A stretch of DNA of 63,128 nucleotides, the filler included, from Octopus bimaculoides (lineage: Eukaryota), in assembly GCF_001194135.2 (NCBI RefSeq). It is 3 parts of 3 records of this genome, joined end to end, with 100 filler letters (N's around TTAATTAATTAA, not from the genome) between each part and the next. Parts side by side here need not be neighbours in the genome. Positions count along the whole stretch, not along the records: positions 1 to 27,170 come from NC_069001.1; positions 27,271 to 44,230 come from NC_068985.1; 1 more part is not named here. One strand, 5' to 3'. The notes under the pieces are model-generated. The model was not told where the DNA came from. It saw only the letters and a program-made list of their open reading frames with translations, and ran no database searches. Position 1 is the first letter of the stretch. Each line of letters opens with the position of its first letter. Positions 22,894 to 34,195 of the stretch are shown piece by piece. A program made the translations under genes and the position numbers.

Positions 22894-25800
22894 CTTTTAA
22901 AAAAACAGAAAAGTAAAATGTAATGATTTACAAAAATACTCACACACACGCACACACAAAATCATTTACACTACAAATGTCTATATACATACACCCATTA
23001 AATATGTATACACACACTATATATCACCATATATACTAATACATATATGACCATATTTATTTGTGTATGTGCGTGTGTGTGTAAAAGCATATATACATAA
23101 GCAAATTTTTTCAATGTCTATGACAATACATGGAAGTGTAATGAACACGCATACACAAAATCTACACACAAAACACTAGTGTCCACAACAGATATACCTA
23201 GATACAAACATACATATACACAAGTAAATTATCTAAGCTCTTAACAAGCACAATAATTGTTTGCTGAAACTGAAACTACATTGTGGACAAGACATTTTAG
23301 CCATTTAAACCCAGACAAAATGACAGTTGCATTCACAAATGTGTATGAGCTCCATTAACCCTTTCAATAGCAACCCACCCAAGACTGCCCCTAGTTCTAT
23401 GGATACAAGCTTCCAGTTTCAAAGTGATCAAAAAGTTTTCCATGGGAATTTCAGATTAATTTATATTCCACACACCAGCTTAAATATGACAAGTTATCTT
23501 ACTAAATTCTTCATATTTTCAAAATTGATTATTTCAACAGAAATAATGCTGACACAAGAATGAACGACAAATACTGTGTCCATCACCATATAAACAATGT
23601 CTATTTTATTTAGAGCCTACCTAAAACGACAACGCTTTCACAGAAGCCACATTCAAAAGGTAGGCGAGTGGCAAGATTACATTATTCAAGGTTGCTTTTA
23701 CTTTGTTTTTTCTTTTTTTTAAAGGAATAGAGTTTAATTCGAGCAAACATAGCTGCTACTTTTTGCAAAGTGAGCAACTGTGTAGAAAACCTTTCGTTGG
23801 TCCATTGCATGTTTATCAGTTGAAAAAAAAAACATGTAAGGGTTAGCAACAGGAAGGATATCTGGCTGTAAAAACAAGGCCTTAATAGGTATTTGTTAAC
23901 CTATGCTAACACAGAAAAACATACATGAAAAAAAAAAAAAAAAAAAAAAAAATCAAATCAAATCAATCTACACTGTAATATCAACATCACAACCAGAATA
24001 CATATATAGATATTCTGGTCACAAACTGTATCAAACTCAAATTATACCTCAAGTAACATAAAAATGTTTTGGGAGAATACTTCTGAAAGACAATGTTAAA
24101 TGCAATCATAAAGGTTGTTTAATCCTCTAGCATTCAGATTACTCTGCCAAATGTAATGCTTATTTATTCACACTGTTTTGAATTAATCATGCATTATCTC
24201 ATAGCTTCAAGATTTTGATGATGTGATTATTAATTTCTACAATGACAATGTAGAGTAGGTGTGAGAAGTTAGACATGGCCAGTTTGAACATAAAACAGGT
24301 AGAATATTTGGGCTGGATATGGCCAGATTAAATGCTAAAGGGTTAACATTTATACAGTTAAATAATCATATCTCACATAAAAGCTAAAAGGCCTCACAAT
24401 GACCTGGAGAAATTGAAGAGATTAACTAATGTGGTTGATAAATTTACTAAGGAAAACAGAAGTTATTGGATTGCAGATGAATAGTTACATTATCACCATT
24501 TAAATCCATGCTGGCAAGGGTTGGATGGTTTGACAGAATCCAATGGGTCTGAGGACTATATCATGCACCAGTGTCTGTTTTGGCATGATTTCTACAGCTG
24601 CATGCCCTTCCTAATGCCAACCACTTTACAGCATGTACTGGGTGCCTTTTTTCTATGCCAAAATTTACTTTGGGACCCAAAAATTACATTTGCATTTCCA
24701 GGTTTTTCTCAAAGGCAAATTAAATATAGAGGCTTGAGATAAAATCATAAATCTATGCTATTCTAAGCAATATAAAACTTTACTTTCATAAGTTACAAGT
24801 TACTTTGGTGGTTATAAAAATTTACCATATATGATGTATGGACACCAGACAAGTATGTCCTGTGTGTCACATAGGAGAAACAGAACAAGCAAAGGATCAA
24901 AATTACTTTTAAATATCACTATTTAACCACCTAGAGTTTTCTCCCCTTACTTATTTTCATAGACAAACTGGATTCAGTCTAGAGTTGAACACTTAAATGT
25001 TTTTTTTTTTTTGTTTTCAGTCACTTTGAAATCACATTTCTTTAACTTGCATGTGAACCATTGCAGATTATACCGTCTCTACCTGGAACTTCAACCCTAG
25101 ACCTAAAAACCTCAAAAACTGGTTACACACCACCCATCAATAAATAAAATCCAGCAGTTAATAGTTGCTACAGTAGCCAAATGTTTACATCACAGCCTAA
25201 CATTTCAAGAAAAAGGGCAAGTACACATTAGGTAATTTACTTGAGAGCCCTCAACAAATGAAATGGTCACTAGTTGCAATGCTTTTGATTGTTGAAAGGG
25301 AGTTAAAAGAACAATAAACTATAAAACAAATAGAAATTTTATTATACATATACACACCTCTTCAAACATATCACATCTACAGTAGTGAGGAACCACTATA
25401 ACACAAACAAATAACACTATTGCAGGACCAACGAACTCATCATAGGTACATCATCACAGAACAAGCACTATACTGGTACAAACACACATATTACATCAAC
25501 ATCACAGAACATTACAAGTCCGAAAAATAATATCTCTGTACAAACAAAACAAACAAAATTAGCACTCACATCAACAACCTTATTTGTCGATAAGTCCTTG
25601 ACATACAACACTCAAACTGCTAGAAATAGCAGTAAAATCAATCTGTCTCTCAAATCAAATCCAGCTGTCCTAAAACAAGAATATGTTGGGTAAACTAATG
25701 CCAGACAATCCTTAAAAGAAAGGTGGTTATGGTTTTATGGTTGGAATGTATCTGATTGTGGACTTGCTCAAACGAGAAGCTGAAATTAAATCAAACAACA

Positions 25801-27170
25801 ATAGGAGCCATGGAAAGTCTTACACTTTTCACTAAAGTCTATCTTGTCTCCACCTGTATTCACTGACATATTCAGCCTGAAAGAGGTTACCTAACCTGCC
25901 AGAAAGAAACATCAGCCAAATTTCCTCAAAAAGGAAGAGAGACATTGGATAACGATAGAGCTAGATATTTGATAAGGACTAGTAGATCACAGTTTGAATG
26001 CTCCTGATGAAGGGTTTGCTCCCTCCGGGTTCATCTGGAACCATACAACAACTAGCATACAAACATAGATTGGTTGGTGGTAGTAAAAGAGGAACATATC
26101 TGGACTTCTATATGACACTAGGGACAAGAGACCAATGCATGGCCTGAGTGTACCAGGCAGAGAAACAACATACAGGTACAATGTTGAGGTGTTGACCTAC
26201 TACCTTATAAGGTCATACATTTGCTCACACAAGATTGACCAGGAGATAACAAGAGCCTCTACAAGTCACTTCTTAAATCCTATTAATGCTAGTAAACAAA
26301 AAAAATGAAAATGTATTGCATAACGTGGCCCTATCAAAAAAAAAAACAGATGGGATGGTCATAGGAGGCTTGCCTATAATAATAGGTTTACTCAATCAGA
26401 ACTTGTGGCTAAACAATAAGAACAGAATTAAATAACCAATTTATGTATGCGATGAGCAAGAGTTAGACCTGTAGTCGATTAGTCCATTTGCAAGAAATAG
26501 TAGCGAGAACTTGTTCGAATCACAGTCCTGCTACCAACTTGGGAAATAAAAACACCTTAAACAGTTAGATGTCCTATACATCCCAAAGAGAGAGTGGTCA
26601 AAGCTAAAATGCTTTTGATCTTGTCTAACCAGGGGTTAAATAATCAACACCACCGCCACCACCACCACCACCACAAGGAACTTGAGGCAGATAACACAGT
26701 TTTGACAACAACTATGTCTTTATTGTTCCAGACAAACAAACTACAGACAGATCATGGCTGGACATCACAATTAATACATGTATTATTCATGTATTAATTC
26801 AATGAATAATACATGATTAATTAGCAGAATTTACATTTATGCCAGTCTATCTGTGTGTTGAGATAAACAGATAGCTAAAACAGAGTTTATATTCACACAC
26901 ACACAAACACATATAATTATAACTAACTTCAAAACATATATCATCATCATCATCATCGTTTAACGTCCGCTTTCCATGCTAGCATGGGTTGGACGATTTG
27001 ACTGAGGACTGGTGAAACCGGATGGCAACACCAGGCTCCAGTCTAATTTGGCAGAGTTTCTACAGCTGGATGCCCTTCCTAACGCCAACCACTCAGAGAG
27101 TGTAGTGGGTGCTTTTACGTGTCACCCGCACGAAAACGGCCACGCTCGAAATGGTGTCTTTTATGTGCCA

Positions 27171-27270
27171 NNNNNNNNNNNNNNNNNNNNNNNNNNNNNN
27201 NNNNNNNNNNNNNNTTAATTAATTAANNNNNNNNNNNNNNNNNNNNNNNNNNNNNNNNNNNNNNNNNNNN
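27171..27270. other. Artificial scaffold join (44 N + TTAATTAATTAA + 44 N)
   Basis: 12-mer with stop codons in all six frames, centred in a 100-nt gap; an identical construct lies at 44231-44330. Confidence 0.9.
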
Positions 27271-30200
27271 GTTGTAAGAAGTCGGCGATAAACCAAATAC
27301 CACTTTCGGAAAGGAACTTCGTTTGGCCATAGCAATTTGTCAGGCGAGAAGTTAAAATAAAGTGAACATTTTGAAATGCCGATTTTTGCCAGTTTTTTTT
27401 TTTTTTTTTTTAGATTTGCAATCTTGGTACTCGAAAACGGGTGTTTCTGTAAAATAAATAAATAAATAGATGGATAAAAATAAATAGGTAATAAAGGGGG
27501 ATCGCCAGCCCGCTAAGTTGCGGGGACGTAAACAAACCAACACCGGTTGTCGTTGCCAAGCAGTAGCGGGTAGCAAATACACACTGACATACAAAAGCGT
27601 CAGTACAAGTGAAACCTCAGTACTACTTAAATACGGAGGTCCCTAAAAACTAACCCTAACCTCACGGGGGCTTCTGTATTTAAGCAGTGCCTGAAACCTC
27701 TTTCATGGAAGTATAAGAGAAGGCGTTGCTCGTTTAAATTAAATTATCAAATAACGAAGATAGAGTCTATCTTACTCTTAGTCGAGCAAATCGACCCCAG
27801 GACTTATTTTTTGTAAGCCTAGTACTTATTCTATCGGTCTGTTTTTGCCGAACCGCTAAGTTACGAGGACGTAAACACACCAGCATCGGTTGTCAAGCGA
27901 TGTTGGGAGGACAAACATATACACACACATACATATACATATATACGACGGGCTTCTTTCAGTTTCCATCTACCAAATCCACTCACAAGGCTTCGGTCGG
28001 CCCGAGGCTATAGTAGAAGACACTTGCCCAAAGTGCCACGCAGTGGGAATGACTCCGGAACCATGTGGTTGGTAAGTAAGCTACTTAACACACAGCCACT
28101 CCTACGCCTATCTTAAAATATATCTGTTACAAAAAATAACATATCTAAGGATATTTAGTTCCGTGCTATTTATTGTATTTTTATTTCTGTTATGATGAGA
28201 TCTAGAACCAAGAAGAGAGACGGACAGATATGTTCAAAATTCAAAGTCCAACATGTGTTAGGAAACGATACACAAAGTAAAACTTGTTTACTTTAAAGAT
28301 GATTCATAGTTGTAGATGGGACTCTTGCAAACATTAACATAATTAGCTCTTTACCAATTAAGAAATTAATAAATGCTTCATTATTTTGCATGCATCTTAT
28401 ATCGGTTTCTGTGCGTGTGTATGTGTACATATACATATGTACCTATAAATACACACATGCGTATATATAGTCGTCTCAGAATCTAAAGTCCGAAAAAATA
28501 AGCACTCATATTTATTAGTAGGGGTGACTGCGTGGTAAGAAGCTTGCTTCCCAACTACATGATTCCGGGTTCAGTCCCACTGCCTGGCACCTTGGACAAG
28601 TGTCGTCTACTATAGCTTCGGGGGTTAATGTTTACAAGTACTTGTTAACATTAACCGCTTCGGGTCAACCAAAGCCTTGTTTGTGGATTTGATAGATAGA
28701 AACTGAAAGAAACCCATCGTTTATATATGCGTGTATTATTGTGTGTGTGTGTGTTTGTCCCTCAACACCGCTTGATAACCGGTGATGGTGTATTTATGTC
28801 CCCGTAACCTAGCGGTTTGGTCAAATAGACTGATAGAATAAGTACCAGGCTTTAAAAAAAATAAGTACTGGGGTCGATTCGTTCGACTAAATTTCATTAA
28901 GCCGGTGTATCAGTATGACCGCAGTCTAATGTCTGAAAAACAAGTAAAAGACATAATAATATATTAATCGAAGCATACAGTATTACTGATCCATTTCAGT
29001 CGATCTTAGCATATATATTTTGGATATATATCCTGGTGAGGGCCGCTTTTTGGGGTTACCCTGAGTTTCCCGTCCATAAACTGTTTAACTTTATGGCGTA
29101 TCTATATGATCCAGACCTACCCACTTCATATTTTAAAAAGGTCATAGGCCAATAGGTTTTGACGGTCTGAAGATACGCCATAAAGTTAAACCCATTATGG
29201 ACGGGAAACCCAGGGGAAAATATAGACTGCTCTACTTCTTAGAATGTGCTTCTTCTCCGGGTTTATGTTTTTGTAAAACGATATATGCGCACGCACACAC
29301 ACACACATATCAGATGAAGTTCAGTTGTATTTAGTTACAATGTCACAGAAATACATTACTTTTTGACATTTCACATAAACATGTGTTCTTAACACACTTA
29401 AATGACTTTTTTACGATAATGCAATTGTTTCACTTTCAGCACCTGGTCTCAGATCTGTACGTGTGTGTAATTGCGTGTATATGTGTATCTAAATATTCAA
29501 TATATATACATAAATATATATATATGAAAGTACTTATGCGTGTGCGTATGTAGAGAGACAGATAGATAGTTAAAGTTACATAAGGCCGATCTATGGGATT
29601 ACCCTGAGTTTCACGTCCATAAAGCGCTTAGCTTTACAGCATATTGTCACATCCCAAACTTGTTTGGCTTTAGATATATATATACAAATAATATGTGAGT
29701 ATATGCATATATACGTACATGTACGTACATACCTACATCTACATGTATATATAGATGTATATCTGGGTACAGGACGTTGCGAAAAAACGAGGACAAAATG
29801 ATAAACAGAGTACAGAAAACACACAGGCCACATAGAGAACATTTCCTTCATCAGCTGCCACCATTCTAAATCTAAGCGTTTCGAAGAGTTGACCCAGAGG
29901 TTTCAGGTAATGCTGAGTAAGTGCTATGTATAGATTGTAGTTAAGCTCCAGGTTCGGTGATTATGCGAATAAGGGGTCCAACGTAGGTCATGTATCAGCG
30001 TGTGTATNNNNNNNNNNAGCTCCAGGTTCGGTGATTATGCGAATAAGGGGTCCAACGTAGGTCATGTATCAGCGTGTGTATATAAGGATTTACTTTTCGT
30101 AATGAGATTAAAAAAAAAACCAAGGCTGTGTATAATATAGAACATTGATGAATAGAAGGTCTTACAGCTATATTATACACACCCTTGATTTTTTTATCTC

Positions 30201-30499
30201 ATTACGTAAAGTAAATCCCTATATATATTATAAATATATATATATATATTTGCTCACTAAGTATTAATAGGCAAAAAAAAACAGATGCTCATATATTAGC
30301 TGATAAAGTGGGTATATTAATGATAATATATAAATAATGATTATATAATATACATATGTATAATTCAAAGAAAGACAATTATTTGCAAAAAATTAATGAC
30401 ATTCCAAAGAAAGACTAAATGAAGAATAAAGAGATGTCAGAGAGAAAGAAGTGACATGAATAATATGAGATGGAACCGAGTGTGGATAAATGGTATAAA

Positions 30500-31330
30500 T
30501 CTTACGTACTTATTATTCCGGCTGTATATGTGGGTTCCTGTTTAATTGGAGAAAAACCACTTGTAGAACTCGAGACATCTGTGACAGTGTCGGGGCGATC
30601 GTCACATTTAGACGTGTCAGATGGCGATGCCATGCTGCCGGTTCCGGATCTTGCATTCGGCTGAGGAAAACTAAGGCACCGACTGATAAATGTGGTGGGG
30701 GCAGGAAGAAGGGCAGCAATTGAGGGGGTGCGAAAGAAAATGTGACCTAACGGTTTATGTAAAGGTGAAAGCATGAATCGAGTCATTTGATTTAGAAATG
30801 TTTTAAATGCTTTCTTTCGTGAGCATTTTATCGTTCATTGTAGCTGTTTCATAAAGGGAATTCCGTGTAGTAAATCTGATAAAAGAATGGTCGAAAAATT
30901 AATGTGAAAGTTCCAAAGTAAATAAACAATGTTGATAAGGAGATGAGAGAACGGCGAGTAAGTTATCTCCCTTGGTGTTTTAGAGCTCTGAAAAAAAAGA
31001 AATTAAAAAAGTGAAGTAAGAAGTAAATAAAGAGAAATGGAAGAATGAATGAATGAGAAGACGGAATGATGATTGAGAAAGAATATGTTTAGGTGATATA
31101 AATATCGGAGACGCTTTGCCCTACGCAGAAACTGCAGGAGCTACTCAGAGGTATTGCAAGCTCGACGGAGGTAAAGAATACGTACACCACCCAATTTTTG
31201 GCGTAGCAAAAACCCTAGCCCTAGCCCTAACTCTAAACACCGGGTGTACGTATTCTTTACTTTCGCCGCAAGCTCTTCTGGCTCCATCGCAATATTGAAA
31301 ACTTGTCTAGGCACTGTCATGGTATTAGCT
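30500..31330. promoter_or_regulatory. CpG-rich promoter-like region
   Basis: Visibly more CG dinucleotides than the Roquin gene body; surrounds the candidate first exon. Confidence 0.4.
30506..30633 (-). CDS. Candidate first coding exon or uORF (MASPSDTSKCDDRPDTVTDVSSSTSGFSPIKQEPTYTAGII)
   Basis: CpG-rich, strong Kozak context gcagcATGG, contains an IKQE SUMO-type motif, followed by two overlapping donors (AA|gtacgt ending 30510, AC|gtaaga ending 30506). No family recognised. Confidence 0.45.
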
Positions 31331-32599
31331 GTCAGAGTTGAAAGTAGAACTGACAAGGAACGTTACTGCTGGTTTGAGTTGATTCTTTGGCTACTGACAG
31401 CTAATACCATGACTGGCCGGAGCGAGCTATCTGTCTGTCTGCCTGTCTAGCTAGTCGTGAGTGGTCGATCCTATTATTTTTAAACTTCATTTGTTTTCTA
31501 TTTTGATAAATTCTCTCTGTTGAAAATTATCTTTTTATATTTTAAATAATTTGCAATTTCAGAAAATATATTTTTATATTAAATTTGCATTTTCTAATTT
31601 GATAAATTCTACGGACACAAACAGAGGTGAACGAGTGATAGATAGATAGATAGATATAGAGAGAGATAGACAGACAGACAGACAGATAGATAGCTCCGGC
31701 TAGTCAGTAGCCAAAGAATCAACTCAAACCAGCAGTAACGTTCCTTGTCANNNNNNNNNNNNNNNNNNNNNNNNNNNNNNNNNNNNNNNNNNNNNNNNNN
31801 NNNNNNNNNNNNNNNNNNNNNNNNNNNNNNNNNNNNNNNNNNNNNNNNNNNNNNNNNNNNNNNNNNNNNNNNNNNNNNNNNNNNNNNNNNNNNNNNNNNN
31901 NNNNNNNNNNNNNNNNNNNNNNNNNNNNNNNNNNNNNNNNNNNNNNNNNNGAAACGAAAGATTGCCGTTTACATGGATGAAAAGTGTTAGTTTTATAATT
32001 TTTTGAATGCAAATAATAATAATATCTAATGTCTTTGAATATATCTTCAAATCCATCATTAAAAAAGGTATAATGCCACGTAATCCCGATTAAATAAGAA
32101 ATGTGTGTAATGTGTACTGATGTCTCTTTTAGTTCTTCGTTTAAACACACGTCCACAGCTCATGAACATAGTTGGCAGCTGCATGCATAACTAGATCGAT
32201 GAAGTACAGTGAATGATTGACCGCCAAGTGCTGAAAATCAATTTGATTGCAAAGCCAAATGCGATGAAGAAAGCTTTAATTTTGCATTCAACTAATTGTT
32301 CCATGTATTCGCAATTAATAATTTTATTCCTCTTCTATTAACATTCGATACATTTGAATAGACAATAGCCATGCTTTGCTTACACGTAAGGAATATAATC
32401 AAAATGTTTGGCGGATTCTAGAAACACAATATTAACGTCACAAAATTATAGTATTGTGTCATCCCATAAATAATGCGGTTTTTTCACTTGCATGAACTAA
32501 AAGTCGGAGGGGGACGGGATAAACTATTTGCATCAACTCGCTATGAAAACAGGTAGTAATTTTACCTTGTACTTATTCGTAGCGCAAGTTTTGAAGAGT

Positions 32600-33566
32600 G
32601 CAGTTCGATTTTAATAGTTATTTTTTAAAGCTATAATGGAATTCACAAAGAGCATATTCAGCATATTTTGCTTTATGAGTTCAATAAAGGCAACAACACT
32701 ACGGAAAGTGCAAGGAATATTAATGCAGTATATGGGGATCGAACAAGAAGTGCAAGCCAGTGTGAAAAGTGGTTCCAGAAATTCTGAGCCAGAAACTGCA
32801 GCCTAGAAGACAAGCCTTGTCCTGGAAGATCTGTAGAGCTCGATGAGGATATCCTGCAAACCCTGGTAGAACAAAATCTCATTGTAAGTGTTGAGGAACT
32901 AGTAGAGAAGCTTGGATTTGGTCATTCAACCATTCATCGACCCCAGCATGCCGTCAGAAAAGTCAGCAAATTAGGTCAATGGGTTCCTCAAACTTTCTGA
33001 GTCAAATTGCGCACAGTGAGTGAATGTATACTCTTCTTTGCTGGCACGTCCCACAAATGAACCTTTTTTTGGACCAAGTAGTGACTGATGATGAGAAATG
33101 GGTCCTCTATAAAAATGGCAAGTGCCGAAGACAGTGAGTAGGGAAAGGAGAAACACTAGCACCCCAGGTTAAACATAGTTTTCACCCATGTAAGGTGTTA
33201 TCTGTTTGGTGGGATATGAAAGATTTAGTCCACTTTGAACTTTTAAACCCAAACCAAATGATAACAAAGGAGATCTACTGTGAGCAACTTAAGTCAGTGC
33301 TAGAAGAAAAATGACCATATTTGGTTCTTCCATCAGGATAATTCTTTGTCACATACAGAGAGGATGACATTCCAAAGGCTGGAGCAGTTTGAATAGGAAA
33401 CAATGCCCCACCATATTCGTCGGACATTGCCCCATCTGATTATCATTTATTTTGCAGTCTTCAAAATTATTTGGACGGAAAAAATAAGAATTCTGTAGAT
33501 GAGGTCAAAACAGTACTTTAGGAGTATTTTTCGTTGCGGACAAGTGAATTTTGGAAGAGGGGCCTT
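32600..33566 (+). mobile_element. Decayed mariner (DD34D-type) transposase pseudogene
   Basis: Frameshifted fragments LEDKPCPGRSVELDEDILQTLVEQN, WVPQ, DEKWVLY, VWWDMKDLVHFELL, HQDN, DIAPSDYHLFCSLQNYLDGK. Confidence 0.88.
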
Positions 33567-33969
33567 NNNNNNNNNNNNNNNNNNNNNNNNNNNNNNNNNN
33601 NNNNNNNNNNNNNNNNNNNNNNNNNNNNNNNNNNNNNNNNNNNNNNNNNNNNNNNNNNNNNNNNNNNNNNNNNNNNNNNNNNNNNNNNNNNNNNNNNNNN
33701 NNNNNNNNNNNNNNNNNNNNNNNNNNNNNNNNNNNNNNNNNNNNNNNNNNNNNNNNNNNNNNNNNNNNNNNNNNNNNNNNNNNNNNNNNNNNNNNNNNNN
33801 NNNNNNNNNNNNNNNNNNNNNNNNNNNNNNNNNNNNNNNNNNNNNNNNNNNNNNNNNNNNNNNNNNNNNNNNNNATGTGAAGACTGGATACTGCAGACTG
33901 TGTGGAAGATATTTTCATGGTTCAAGAGAGGGGAGTGCAAAGAGTAAGATAAGGCAAGTCAGACATCTT

Positions 33970-34195
33970 AGGCGGTGAGCTGGCAGAAACGTTAGCACGC
34001 CGGGCGAAATGCTTAGTGGTATTTCGTCTGCCGTTACGTTCTGAGTTCAAATTCCGCCGAGGTCGACTTAGCCTTTCATCCTTTCGGGGTCGATGAATTA
34101 AGTACCAGTTATGCACTGGGGTTGATGTAATCAACTCAATCCCTTTGTTTGTCCCCTCTATGTTTAGCCCCTTGTGGGCAATAAAGAAATAAGAC
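33970..34195 (+). mobile_element. Third SINE family (AGGCGGTGAGCTGGCAGAA head); copies - ~57046-57262, 58310-58487, 58770-58975, 13740-13960
   Basis: Shared GTTCTGAGTTCAAATTCCGCCGAGGTCGAC..GCCTTTCATCCTTTCGGGGTCGAT.AATTAAGTACCAG. Confidence 0.8.

Noticed and set aside
25567-25620. Exon-like segment with gtgagt donor on the minus strand
   Set aside because: The acceptor comes from an antisense SINE tail and the peptide has no similarity to Roquin ROQ.
25991-26064. Possible hammerhead in a Roquin intron (GTTTGAATGC...CTGATGA...GCATACAAAC), plus strand
   Set aside because: Stem I-like pairing exists but GAAA is GGAA, there is no NUH triplet and no stem III; at most a dead relic.
27215-27226. 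TTAATTAATTAA as a biological motif (also 44275-44286)
   Set aside because: Centred in identical 100-nt gaps; an artificial six-frame-stop spacer.
29845-29905. GAAACGCTTA and a nearby CTGATGA on the minus strand
   Set aside because: The motifs are in the wrong order and stem I cannot be formed; possibly a truncated 3' half.
29943-30080. Exact ~63-bp tandem duplication
   Set aside because: The copies sit either side of an 11-N gap; typical unmerged contig overlap.
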